Shown: positions 12,066 to 24,958 of the stretch, piece after piece | Layout of the letters: each line of letters opens with the position of its first letter | Numbering within the stretch: position 1 is the first letter of the stretch | Source of the DNA: Octopus vulgaris | Taxonomy: Eukaryota | Reading direction: 5' to 3' | NCBI GenBank assembly: GCA_951406725.2 | Contig: OX597820.1 | Coordinates: 16,058,001 to 16,122,000 of the forward strand | DNA length: 64,000 nucleotides | Position numbers and translations under genes: made by a program | The notes under the pieces: generated by a model | The model's input: the letters and a program-made list of their open reading frames with translations, nothing else | The model's database searches: none | Told to the model about the DNA's origin: nothing

Positions 12066-13951
12066 TTATATATAATTGCTATGACAACTCATTTATGTAA
12101 GTTGATTTCAAATATTGTTTTTTTTTATCTTAATTCTAATTATTGGAACACTCTGTAAAGTATTTTACAAAGAAATCCAACATATTTGCATTCTACATAA
12201 ATATGTAGACAGTCGCCATTATCAAAATGGTTTTAACACCAGGATGTATAAAGGACCAATGAGAGGGACTGTCAATCAATATATTTGTGTAGAACTTTAA
12301 AGAGAAGCTGGAAGATCCGCGAAGGAAACATGTGAATTTATGATTCAAGGAACACGTGTACATCTCCTGCATCATCTCTTCTCACGCGGGGTGGGAGTAG
12401 GTCTGGTAAATTAACTTCCTTCTGTTCTACTTTGCAAGATGCCTTTCATTGGCGTCGAGTCTTATATGAAGAGCAAACGATCTTCTTACGGCTACCTTTT
12501 GTTAATAAACCTGACTACCTGAAACACATTCGTATCCGGATTACAACGTAAATATTTTTGGTTTGAAGTATTTAATAGAGTGCTTTATAACAATAAAAAA
12601 GAGAAAAGAATGGAAAGAAAGAAAAGAAAAGAAAAGAAAAGAAAGGGAAAAAGAAAAACATCGGGTGCGGAACAATATGATATTGAAGTACAATTAAAAG
12701 ACAAATATCAATCAAGGTGTAAGCCAGAGATTTTAATCTAGATACCTGAAACTTTGCAAAGATTGCATTTTCTCAAGGTGAAGGTTACAGGCCAGCGGCG
12801 GCTCGTAGATAAAATTTAGATAAAATTAGTTGGGGTGCAGCTTAAGAAAATTTGTAGCCGTTGTTTTAATATTGTGTAAAAGGAAACAAACATGTAAAAA
12901 GAAAATTTATATATAAGTTTGATCGGTTTGTGTTTTAGCCACTGCCGAGTAGTATGTTTAATTTGTTCACTGAACACAGCCGCGAATTCCCCCTTGTTTT
13001 TCAAAAATCCCCCCTAAATCACAAAATAAGGAGGGGAATCTACCCTATTTTTCAAATCCTGGAAGCAACATTGAAGCTGGAAGCAGAATAATAATCTAAT
13101 TCTATACTTTATCACATTCAAAAATATAAACACGATTTTTTAAGCACAACACGCGCGGAGTCAAAAAGAAACACTACCGGGGTCGGCACTGCGTGAACGA
13201 CAGTACTCTCTCTCCCTAGCATGCAGCTTCCTATCTCGGACATGTAAACATGCGCAGAACAACCAAACACCGCATTGCTGGAACTATGAAGCGCACAATT
13301 CTATACAAGGATACCTGTATTTTTTCATAAACTAGAAGATGGCTACTGACATTAAGTTTAAGGATTATATAATGTACAAGTATAAAGAAAGAATAAAAGA
13401 AGAAAGGACTCATTATATTGAATGTTATCAATAATATCGAATGGAGATAGGGAGTGCTACAGTTCCGCAGTGCCTATACACAAGCAGCCACTGTTACACA
13501 CTATATGTGTTTCCTTCGAACTTGCTCTTTTTAGCTTCTGGTAGTAAAAGAGAAAAACCATAGTTGTTGCAAGATTAAAGTAGAAGACAGTTGTACAGGG
13601 TGTCACGCGGTAAGCCCGAACCCGGAACCGGGTAGTTGTGAAGCAAGCTTCTCACCACACAATTACGCCAGCACTTCTATGTGTTAACTCTTTTTCCTTT
13701 TCTTTTATGTTTTTGCACATTTTAAGAAGCCCTGCTTGAAATATCTGAAACGTTTGTAACTAATAAAGCTGAGCAAATCAACGTTCCCAGACTAACGGAA
13801 GATAATGAAACATTGTAAAATACTTTCTCCAAAATTTAGCCGGATGTGACTGTAAGTCTTAGAACATATATTATGAGTAATACACAACATTACAATATAA
13901 TGGTATAGCTTGCTTTTTCTAAATTTTCAAGTGTCTCTTTGTGTAAGTCTG

Positions 13952-14016
<65 letters not shown>

Positions 14017-14108
14017 TGTTTTAAGCATATAAAAACAAAAACACAAATATATACGTTTACATAAATTCTACATACATGCATACATTACATACATACATAT
14101 ACACAAGG

Positions 14109-14155
<47 letters not shown>

Positions 14156-14299
14156 GACAGACAGACAGACAGACAGACAGCTAGATAGATAGACAGCCTT
14201 GTGACCACGCATACATACATACATACATAGATACATACATACATACATACATACACACAAACACACATACATACATACATACATTCATAAATATAGATA

Positions 14300-14500
14300 G
14301 ACAACCATGTGCTTTTCTAGGCCTTTTTTCATTCTCTCTGGACTTTTCCTCTCTCCTCTTCCTGACGAAGAGCCACGCTCGAAACGTTATACATCCACTG
14401 TTTTTTTCCCATCTTATACTGAACATCAACCTAATATATTTCCTTGTTAAGTCCCTTTGGCTTTTTGTTGTTTTGTTATTTTGTAATTTCCGACTTGCCT
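14300..14500 (+). mobile_element. H1-related element with intact HHR core
   Basis: CTGACGA-agagc-cac-gctc-GAAACGTT at 14362-14388; stem I is poor. Confidence 0.6.
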
Positions 14501-14511
14501 ATATAAATATG

Positions 14512-14549
<38 letters not shown>

Positions 14550-14725
14550 TATTGTACCAACGCACATATACACACGTACACACGCACGCATTTTCACCCC
14601 TACACACATATTCACACATATTTATGCCCCTCCCCCACTGTTATTGTACAATCTTTCACCTCGGAAGTGTATTGAAGTTATTTATTAGAATACACATACA
14701 TCTGCATCGAAAGAGAGAAAGTGGA

Positions 14726-14764
<39 letters not shown>

Positions 14765-15175
14765 CAGAGACAGAGACAGAGAGACAGAGAGCAGGAGAGA
14801 GAGAGCAGGAGAGAGAGTGGGGTGGGTGGAAAGTGACTTGTTTACAAGCCTGTGAAAATCCATGATGCAATCGGATTTGTGTATATTTTATTACTGCAGA
14901 GACACCCGAAGTTGTGGGATTCGGAGAAAGATGAACAGAATCATTCCTGGCCAATCACACTCTTACACACATACATACGGACGCATGCGCGCGCACACAT
15001 TACATCATATTACATACATCAAATGGTTGTGTAAACCACAGGCAATAGCGAAAGGAAGAAATGGGGTGAGAGAGAAAATTGAGAAATGATAAACAATGGA
15101 GAAATGAATTATAAACAAATCAGAGAAGCCGGGTATAAAATATTAAAAAAAAATGTAACAAGCTAGATATATACA

Positions 15176-15383
15176 CTTTTACTCTTTTACTTGTTTCAGT
15201 CATTTGACTGCGGTCATGCTGGAGCACCGCCTTTAATCGAGCAACTCGACCCCGGGACTTATTCTTTTTTGTAAGCCCAGTACTTATTCTATCGGTCTCT
15301 TTTGCCGAACCGCTAAGTGACGGGGACGCAAACACACCAGCATCGGTTGTCAAGCAATGCTAGGGGGACAAACACAGACACAG

Positions 15384-15425
<42 letters not shown>

Positions 15426-15599
15426 GTACTTATATACGACGGGCTTCTTTCAGTTTCCGTCTACCAAATGCACTCACAAGGCATTGGTCGGCCCAAGGCT
15501 ATAGCAGAAGACACGTGTCCAAGGTGCCACGCAGTGGGACTGAACCCGGAACCATGTGGTTGGTAAACAAGCTACTTACCACACAGCCACTCCTGCGCC
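15176..15599 (-). mobile_element. SINE family A, full length
   Basis: Ends ccactcctgcgcc (5' GGCGCAGGAGTGG) and carries a (tactctttt) tail. Confidence 0.92.
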
Positions 15600-15794
15600 T
15601 GTTTAAAAAACAAAAAAAAAAGAGAGAGAAATAGAAATAAACTGATTTAGATAGTCGATGCTTATCGTACACTGAAGATGTGATTAAGAAGAGATAAGAG
15701 AAGGTTAAGTTGTCGTTTCTCTCTATCTGCATCATCTGAGCTTCGGTTCAAACAGCACAGATTTTTGACAACAAGCGAAAGTTTAAGCAAGCTT

Positions 15795-16142
15795 GGCTGC
15801 ATGGTAAGTAGCTTGCTTACAAACCGCATGGTTCCGGGTTCAGTCCCACTGCGTGGCATCTTGGGCAAGTGTATTCTACTATAGCCACGGGCTGACCAAA
15901 GCCTTGTGAGTGGATTTGGTAGACGGAAACTGAAAGAAGCCGGTCGTATATATGTATATATATATGTATGTGTGTGTGTATGTTTGTGTGTCTATGTTTG
16001 TTCCACTAGCATTGCTTGACAACCGATGCTGGTGTGTTTATGTCTTCGTAACTTAGCGGTTTGACAAAAGAGACCGATAGAATAAGTACTAGGCTTACAA
16101 AGAATAAGTTCCGGGGTCGACTTGCTCGACCAAAGGCGGTGC
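15795..16142 (+). mobile_element. SINE family A
   Basis: Family match, 3' truncated. Confidence 0.88.
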
Positions 16143-16192
16143 AGTCATGCATCTTTTACATATCCAAACTTGAATTTTCTTCACTTAAAGGT

Positions 16193-16577
16193 AGGCGCAG
16201 GAGTGGCTGTGTGGTAAGTAGCTTGCTAACCAACCACATGGTTCCGGGTTCAGTCCCACTGCGTGGCATCTTGGGCAAGTGTCTTCTGCTATAGCCCCGG
16301 GCCGACCAAAGCCTTGTGAGTGGATTTCGTAGACGAAAACTGAAAGAAGCCTGTTGTATATATGTATATATATATATGTGTGTTTGTGTGTCTGTGTTTG
16401 TCCCCCCAACATCGCTTGTCAATAGATGTTGGTGTGTTTACGTCCCCGGCAAACGAGACCGACAGAATAAGTACTAGGCTTACAAAGAATAAGTCCTCGG
16501 GTCGATTTGCTCGACTAAAGGCGGTGCTCCAGCATGGCCGCAGTCAAATGACTGAAACATGTACAAGAGTACAAGAG
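16193..16577 (+). mobile_element. SINE family A
   Basis: Starts ggcgcaggagtggctgtgtggtaag. Confidence 0.9.
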
Positions 16578-16699
16578 GCCGGATAAGATGCTTGGCGGCA
16601 TTTATTCCGTCTCATTATATTCAGGGTTTGAATGCTACTGAGATTGACTTCGCGGTTTCATCCTTTTGGAATCGATGAAATATGTATCAATTGAATAGT

Positions 16700-17024
16700 A
16701 GTGTTGTTGTTGTTGTTGTTGTTGCTGATTGTTCCTTCTCGAGCCATGCCCATAAGGGCCGGTTTCCCAGTTTCATTGGCGTATAGGTTCCTCCACCTGG
16801 ACGGGACGCCAGTCCGTTGCAGGTGAGCTGCAAGATGCAGGAGGAAAGAGTGAGAGAAAGTTGTGGCAAAAGAGTCACCAGAAGTACGCCATTACCTTCT
16901 GTCGGAGCCGCGTGGAGCTTAGGTGTTTCGCTCATAAACACATACATCACCCGATCTGAGATTTGAACCCGCGATCCCTCGACCGCGAATCCGCTGCTCT
17001 AACTACTAGGCCATGTGCCGCCAC
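16700..17024 (-). mobile_element. tRNA-derived SINE family C head with V-domain-like body and (AAC)n tail
   Basis: Minus: gtggcggcacatggcctagtagttagagcagcggattcgcggtcg..ggttcaaatctc; body ctgcaacggactggcgtcccgtccagg. Confidence 0.8.
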
Positions 17025-17164
17025 TTACATAGATATATTATAACTTTTTTGGAATCAGAAAGATCCCGGGATTGAAAATCTGCCCTTCATTTGTTTCGTG
17101 AACATCCACCATTGGAATCTGACTTAAAAGCATTTGGGTTGCTATTTCTTGCAGGTAAAGCTTG

Positions 17165-17580
17165 GTTGATTCACGCCATCCTGGTTGACGTTTGTCAGAT
17201 GACGTCAGAGATCAAGGGAGAGATCACTGACCTTTGCTTCGTTAATTTTACGTCGAGATAAGAACTTTGGGTCAAACTGGCCAACAGTTGGAATTCAACT
17301 TGGGACTGGAACAATAGAATGATTGCATTACGGAATTAATTCTCATCCGTCCTTAATCTCTGATCAAACACCAGCGGGGTATATAGCCATTATAGACGCT
17401 ATTTAGCGCTCTTTAGTTTTGAGCCGCAGGCTTAATTAGCCATCCGCAGGAGCCAGTTCAAAAGTTCGCACGGAGTGCAGCTTTTAAGCTGGTATGCTAT
17501 AAAAACGATAGTTAATGCTGCAATCCAGCTAGCAAAGCCAAATGAGTTTGACACATGACCAGTCTAACTTTCTGCCCTTA
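17165..17580. promoter_or_regulatory. Unique island with dense TF motifs (candidate enhancer)
   Basis: TGACGTCA (17200), TGACCTTTG (17228), AGATAAG (17256), ACAATAG, CTTAATTAG, AGTTCA-aa-AGTTCG (17455). Confidence 0.3.
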
Positions 17581-17920
17581 TGAGAAGTTGCCGTATTTAC
17601 ATAAATAATAGATAAGTAAATAAATAAATGAATAAATGGAATCGTGGTTTTGTGCCAAAGCTAGAAAATCGATATCATTCTGCACTATTTCATATCGTGT
17701 CATATCGCGGAGACTTGCTGCTTGCTGGATCAATATACCGTGTCGGCTCATTGTTTGTGAGTTTGTATTTAGTATCGTGTCACCGTTTCATAGTGTCCAA
17801 TGTTTAGAACATAAGAGACATGAAGCAATGTTTTAAAATTGAAATTGAAAGAAGTGACGGGGTAGAATGCATGTTGCAGAACCCAGCTAGATGTGTTTGT
17901 GTGTGTGTGTGTGTGTGTAC

Positions 17921-17988
<68 letters not shown>

Positions 17989-18339
17989 AATAAAAAGATA
18001 TGCATACATACAAACATATATGTACGTACCTACATCTACATGTATATATACATGCATATATAAATAAATATACGTAAGTACAGGACACCACAACAAGACG
18101 TAGAAACGGGAAAAACAAAAATTTTTTACAAGAAAACAAGTACAGGACATGCTACACAAGGAAAAATCCACCGTCATCAGCTGTCGATATATATATATAT
18201 ATATTCCCATATCAGATTCACACACTTATTGGAACGGTCCTTCTGTTTTTCTGAGCCCTGTAAAATAACTTGGAAGTTTGGGCCCCCAGCCAGGCTTTTC
18301 GAGATACCGTTAAAGCCAGGAACTTCTCAGTATCCCCTC

Positions 18340-18374
<35 letters not shown>

Positions 18375-18547
18375 GAAGCAATTAGCTGACCTTTGATTAT
18401 AATTATGTCTATAATTATAGAATATTTGTATAATTTTTCCCTAAAAGGGTTATTTTAACGTACCGAACTACTTGGTAAAATTATTAATTATAAATTAATT
18501 AATTGATTAATTAATTAATTAATTTTACCCTTCTATTATTATTATTG

Positions 18548-18618
<71 letters not shown>

Positions 18619-18711
18619 CTGAGCAATATGAAATAGAGAGCCTTTTCTTATAGAGTGAAACGCAAGTAAAATTTCGAAACGTAAAAAAATGCATCTTTGT
18701 TACCAAGATTG

Positions 18712-18840
18712 TTTACCAACCACATCGTTTCTGGTTCAACCACACTGCGTGGCACCTTGGGCAAGTATCTTCTGCTATAGCCTCGGGCTGCCCAAACCCT
18801 TGTGCGTGGATTTGGTAGACAGAAACTAAAAAAGCCCGTC

Positions 18841-18928
<88 letters not shown>

Positions 18929-19154
18929 AAGGTGGAAAAAGCCGTTCGTCAACATTTAAGTTTAATTTGTCAAAATTTTTTCAAATCCGATGCTATATAT
19001 CAGAACATCGCGGATAGCGCGAAAATATGACAAATTAAACTTAAATGTTGAGTGAATCAACGGCTTTGTGTGTTTCTTAAATATACCTCCCACGCTGCAA
19101 TTGTTTTCGTTTCAGCACACGATCTCAGATCAAATTACTTGCTATGCGAGTACA

Positions 19155-19231
<77 letters not shown>

Positions 19232-19465
19232 ATATGTATGTATATATGTATGCGTGTATATGTTTGTGTCTGTGTTTGACTCCTCCAACATCGCTTGACA
19301 ACCGATGCTGGTGTGTTTATTTCCTTGTAACTTAGCTGTTCGGCATAATAGTCCGATAGAATAAGCACTAGGCTTACAAAGAATAAGTCCTGGGGTCGAT
19401 TTGCTCGCCTAAATGCGGTGTTCCAGCATGGCCGCAGTCAAGTGACTGAAACAGGTAAATGAGTA
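18712..19465 (+). mobile_element. SINE family A split by a hairpin insertion in its microsatellite
   Basis: 5' half 18712-18842, 3' half 19260-19465. Confidence 0.8.
18938..19067. repeat. Short hairpin element with perfect 24-bp inverted arms
   Basis: tcaacatttaagtttaatttgtca (18949-18972) / tgacaaattaaacttaaatgttga (19028-19051), extended by aagccgtt / aacggctt. Confidence 0.85.
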
Positions 19466-20223
19466 CACAATCAGTGGACAATTTCTACTGATTCTCTATA
19501 AGGAAGCCAAAACTTCCGGTCATTTCAGAATTGTCCTGCTAAGTATCTGATATTAATGAAAGGATAAAAAGCTTGAAATGGATATTTCAACTGTAGGGGG
19601 CGCTCTGAAATCACCGGGGTTTTTTGTTTGTTTGTTTTTTGTCAAATATCGTTTGCTTAAAGCAAGAATTTCTCTCTATATCAAAGCATAATGAGAATGA
19701 TTGTTTTACAGGTCAAATATTTGCAAGGCATATTTGAACTGATCTAGAAGATTTTTGTGAACAATGTTTGAAATAATAATCTAAAAGAGAATCAAATTCA
19801 ACAAATTAACCAACAAAAAGTACATTATTCCCCATGCAACGACAAGATCCATCTAGTCGTTTCCAAACTTAATCTATGGCAAGAGCATTTTAACTCACAG
19901 AAGCTCAGATGTTCAGGATTTCGGTAAGTAATGCAATAACTTACTGAGCGCAGATTGCTACTAAAAACCAGAGAGATTTGAATAATTATCGAAGATTTTG
20001 TTGCGCTGTGAAAGGAAGTAAAAACAAAACAAAGCAAAACAAAACATACCATTATCGGCGGAGACATGGCTGTAAGGTAAGAAGATTGTGTCTCAGTCGC
20101 ATGGTTTCCGGTTCAGTCCTACTGCGCGGCAACTTGGCAAGTGTCTTTTGCTATAGGCCGACTCTGACCAACGCCTTGTGAGTGGATTTAGTAGACAGAA
20201 ACTGTGGTACCTGCCACAAATAT

Positions 20224-20288
<65 letters not shown>

Positions 20289-20371
20289 GAGGATAAAAAA
20301 TTTTTGGAGATACACACAGAGTATGTGTGTGTGTCTACGCGCGCACACCTGTGTATGTTAAACCTATATAG

Positions 20372-20395
<24 letters not shown>

Positions 20396-20402
<7 letters not shown>

Positions 20403-20443
20403 ATATTGTATAGAGGGCATGCCCTCTATACAATATAGATATA
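20396..20443. repeat. Perfect 48-bp spacerless palindrome
   Basis: tatatctatattgtatagagggca|tgccctctatacaatatagatata. Confidence 0.95.
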
Positions 20444-20484
20444 ATTAATTGGTTCAAAAGAAAAAAATTATTTTCGAATTCTTT

Positions 20485-20532
<48 letters not shown>

Positions 20533-20553
20533 AGGGCATATTTAACAATTTCA

Positions 20554-20596
20554 GTCTTAATCGATTTTCGAACCTTATTGAGCTCTCATCAGAGGT
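20554..20596 (-). ncRNA. Minimal type I hammerhead ribozyme motif
   Basis: Minus: cct-CTGATGA-gagct-caata-aggttc-GAAA-ATCGAT-TA-aga; palindromic stem III AATCGATT. Confidence 0.7.
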
Positions 20597-20663
20597 ATCT
20601 ACATCAATTTGACCAATCCCAGAGAAACAAGATGTCTATCTATCTATCTATTTATCTACCTAC

Positions 20664-20738
<75 letters not shown>

Positions 20739-20783
20739 GCTAGCTAGCTAGCTAGCTAGCTAGCTATCTACCTATCTATCTAC

Positions 20784-20850
<67 letters not shown>

Positions 20851-20894
20851 ACTATCTATCTATCTTTGTGTCTGTCTATATATGAATAATATAT

Positions 20895-20940
<46 letters not shown>

Positions 20941-21613
20941 TGTGTGTGTGTGTTTGTATCGGTCACCCCTTCACTCACTGCTTGACAACTGGTGTTGGTT
21001 TGTTTACGTCTCTGAACTTAGCAGCTCGGCAAAAGAGGGCGATAGAATAAGTATCAGACTTAAACCAAAGATAATTCGTACTAAGAGAGATTTGTTCGAT
21101 TAAATCCCTCAAGGTGGCGCTTCACTATGGCCGCATTTCAATAAATAAACCAGGCAAGTAAAAGATAAAAGATAAGAGATACAAAATGACTGGACAGTCA
21201 CGGTACAAAGGCCTTTGAATCATAGGTCTCCCTCATCAGGCCTAACATAGAGTTGAACACATCATCATCATCATCAACAACAACAACAACAAAATCGACG
21301 GCAATAAGAGGTTAAACTGAAATCTGTGTTGATCAGATTTGTTTATCTGATGTGTTTATCAAAACAATAATAAAGAATAAATAGAAAGCGAAAGAGTGAA
21401 TAAAAATAAATAAGTATATAAGTGAAAAAAGTGAATATTTGTGACAAACTGGACATTTCGATCGATATTTTTTATTGATGAAAGCCACACTGAGTAGCAG
21501 CCGGGTTTGAACTCAAAAATTATGAGAGGCGAAACTAAAGCACAAAGCATTTAGGCCATCGTTTTATTGACCTAACTCGGCTCCAGCTCGTCCCCATTGT
21601 GGTACTTAAATGC

Positions 21614-21688
<75 letters not shown>

Positions 21689-21725
21689 GCATGTATGTAT
21701 GTGTGTATGCATCTATATATACATG

Positions 21726-21774
<49 letters not shown>

Positions 21775-21841
21775 CACACACATATATATGAATATATATA
21801 TATGTATATACATACATGCATATATATGCATATATATATGT

Positions 21842-21901
<60 letters not shown>

Positions 21902-22066
21902 ATATTATGTATGTATATGTATGTATGTATGTATGTATGTATGCATATATATTCGCATCACGATGAGGTATAAGCTGAGTTAGGTCAATAACATGCACAC
22001 GCACATACATATACACACGTATATATATATATATGTGTGTGTGTATATATATATATATTATGTATG

Positions 22067-22098
<32 letters not shown>

Positions 22099-22517
22099 TG
22101 TATGTATGTATGTATGTATGCATGTATATACCTATGCAAGTATATACGCATGCATATATATTCGCACCACGATGGGGTATAAGCTGAGATAGGTCAATAA
22201 CATGCACACACGCGCGCACACACACACACACATATACACACGTATGTATATATTATTTATGATACGTAGCTGTGTGATATTGATGTAATACTACAAGCGA
22301 TGATATGATTGTAGTTATGCTGTGATGCTGTAAGTGAATCAATATTTATCTCACTCAACTATGAATAATGCCACAGTCAATAGCCTGATTCTCCTCCACG
22401 CAATCAAATGCATTCATCAAGCGTTCGACGATGTTACCAGTAGCGGGAAGGAAGTATTGATGAAAGGCATGTATCTTTTATCAACCATCTTTTATCCTTT
22501 ATCTATTGTATTCCCTC

Positions 22518-22905
22518 AGTGGAGGCGCAATGGCCCAGTGGTTAGGGCAGCGGACTCGCGGTCATAGGATCGCGGTTTCGATTCCCAGACCGGGCGTTGT
22601 GAGTGTTTATTGAGCGAAAACACCTAAAACCTCCACGAGGCTCCGGCAGCGGATGGTGGTGATCCCTGCTGTACTCTTTCACCACAACTTTCTCTCACTC
22701 TTACTTCCTGTTTCTGTTGTACCTTGTATTTCAAAGGGCCGACCTTGTCACTCTCTGTGTCACGCTGAATATCCCCGAGAACTACGTTAAGGGTACACGT
22801 GTCTGTGGAGTGCTCAGCCACTTACACGTTAATTTCAGGAGCAGGCTGTTCCGTTGATCCGGATCAACCGGAACCCTCGAAGTCGTAACCGACGGAGTGC
22901 TTCCA
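22518..22905 (+). mobile_element. tRNA-derived SINE family C, full length
   Basis: gtggaggcgcaatggcccagtggttagggcagcggactcgcgg..tttcgattccc; flanked by ttgtattcc-like duplication. Confidence 0.88.
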
Positions 22906-23019
22906 TCCGTTGTATTCCTACGTCTTTCAGTTGTTGGACTGCGACCATGCTGGGGCACCGCCTTGAAGTGTGTTTTGGCCGAACAAATCGACCCCAGGGT
23001 TTTTTGTTTTTACTTTATT

Positions 23020-23247
23020 AAGGTGGCGAGCTGGCGGAAACGTTAGCACGCCGGGCGAAATGCTTAGCGGTATTTCGTCTGCCGTTACATTCTCAGTTCA
23101 AATTTTGCCGAGGTCGACTTTGCCTTTCATCCTTACGGGGTCGATAAATTAAGTATCAGTTACGCACTGGGGTCGATGTAACTGACTTAATCCGTTTCTT
23201 TGTCCTTGTTTGTCCTCTCTGTGTTTATTGTGGGCGATAAAGAAATA
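23020..23247 (+). mobile_element. SINE family B nested in an old family A copy (22925-23545, -)
   Basis: ggtggcgagctggcggaaacgttagc..taaagaaata. Confidence 0.85.
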
Positions 23248-23545
23248 AGTCGGGTGCTCATTCTATCGGTGTCCTTTTGCCGATTCGCTAGGTTATGGGG
23301 GCCGTAAACAAACCCGCACCGTTTGTTACGTGGTTGTAAGGTGGAGACAAAGGCACATAAAGACTCGCCCAAACACGCACGCGCGCGTCGGGCTTCATCA
23401 CAAATTTCCTCAACAAAATTCCCTCACAAGGCATTGGTTGATCTGAATCTATAGTAGAAGATACTTGTCCTAGGTGCCGCACAGTAGTATTGAACCTGAA
23501 AACACTTGGTTGTAAAGGGAGTTGCTTAACCACACAATCATACCT

Positions 23546-23965
23546 ACTCTCTTTTACTATTTTACTTGTTTCAGTCATTTGACTGCGGCCATGTTGGAGC
23601 GCTGCCTTTAGTCGAGCAAATCGACCCCAGGATTTATTCTTCGGAAGCCTAGTACTTATTCTATCGTTCTCTTCTGCTAAACCGCTAAGTTATGGGGACG
23701 TAAGCACAACAGCATCGGTTGTCAAGCGATGTTGGGGGGACAAACACAGACACACAAACACACACACGCACACACATATATATATACATATACATATATA
23801 CGACGGGCTTCTTTCAGTTTTCGTCTACCAAATCCACTCACAAAGTTTTGGTTGGCCCGAGGCTATACTAGAAGACACTTGTCCAAGGTGCCACGCAGTG
23901 GGACTGAACCCGGAACCATGTGGTTGGTAAGCAAGCTACTTACCACACAACCACTCCTGCGCCTA
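23546..23965 (-). mobile_element. SINE family A
   Basis: Full-length family match. Confidence 0.9.
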
Positions 23966-24539
23966 CACCTCTATATCTAAAACTACTCGGGTTCAATTTA
24001 TCTGTCTTCTCTTGAGACAACATAGTGTGATTTGATAGAATTTTTCTGTTGCTTCCAACAGGATACCTCTATCTACGTTCAGTAGGATTTCCGCATTGCT
24101 ATCGTGAAGCACATTTCCTCCATCAGTAAAATAATCACTGTTGTTCTATTTATCAGTAGAAGCAAAGTTTGGATAGCATGCGGTGATAGTGGAATACTGC
24201 TGATGATGACGCGCAAATACGCAGAAATCACCCGATCTAGTAGTTCTACCACTGCTGCTTCTTCGTCTTCCGATCAGGACTCACGCCATTAGCCACAAAG
24301 AATAATCTCTAATTCGCCTTCTCTAAGCTACAAAGAATGCGTGCAGCAACATGAAGATCCAACCACCACACTTGATAGACTGGCGGTTGCACGGGCGCGA
24401 AAGCTACGTTGTTATCCTCATTCCGTAAACGGTGGCTTTTAACGGGTGGAGAGCTGAACCATCCTGGGGTACAGAGGATTCGCACTCGAGACTAGGATCT
24501 GAAAGTTTACCACACGATAGTTGGTTACACTGCTTTGTG

Positions 24540-24733
24540 TCAGAAGTAGGGAGAAAGATTGAGAGAAGGTTGTGGTGAAAGAGTTCAGCGGGGTTCACCC
24601 CACCCCACGGGAGCCTCGTGGAACTTAGGCGTTTTTGCTCAATAAACACTCACAATGCCCGGTCTGGGAATCGAAAGCGCGTTCTTACGACCGCGAGTCC
24701 ACTGCCCTAACCACTGGGACATTGCGCCTCCAC
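24540..24733 (-). mobile_element. SINE family C head joined to a different downstream sequence
   Basis: Reverse complement of gtggaggcgcaatg..tttcgattcccagaccgggc. Confidence 0.75.
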
Positions 24734-24872
24734 ACCGCTGCTGCTGGACATTTTATTTTGCTACTAATATTTCTTTTTCTAGCACTATATTTCAATACGA
24801 GATGCTTTCCCAAGACCAATATCGCAGCATTATGCCGTACTTACAGAAGAATTACAGAAGAATTACAGATGG

Positions 24873-24958
<86 letters not shown>

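Noticed and set aside
17135-17160. Recursive-splice-like motif tttcttgcAG|GTaaag
   Set aside because: Matches the dispersed ancient repeat atttggctgctatttctagcagg seen at several other positions, so it is most likely a decayed repeat
18165-18186. CTGATGA on the minus strand here and at 60851-60857, and on plus at 639-645
   Set aside because: No downstream GAAA or stem III found, so not counted as hammerheads
22518-22595. Possible functional tRNA genes (also 2275-2350 and 61412-61487)
   Set aside because: They are heads of repeats or relics lacking a complete cloverleaf and terminator
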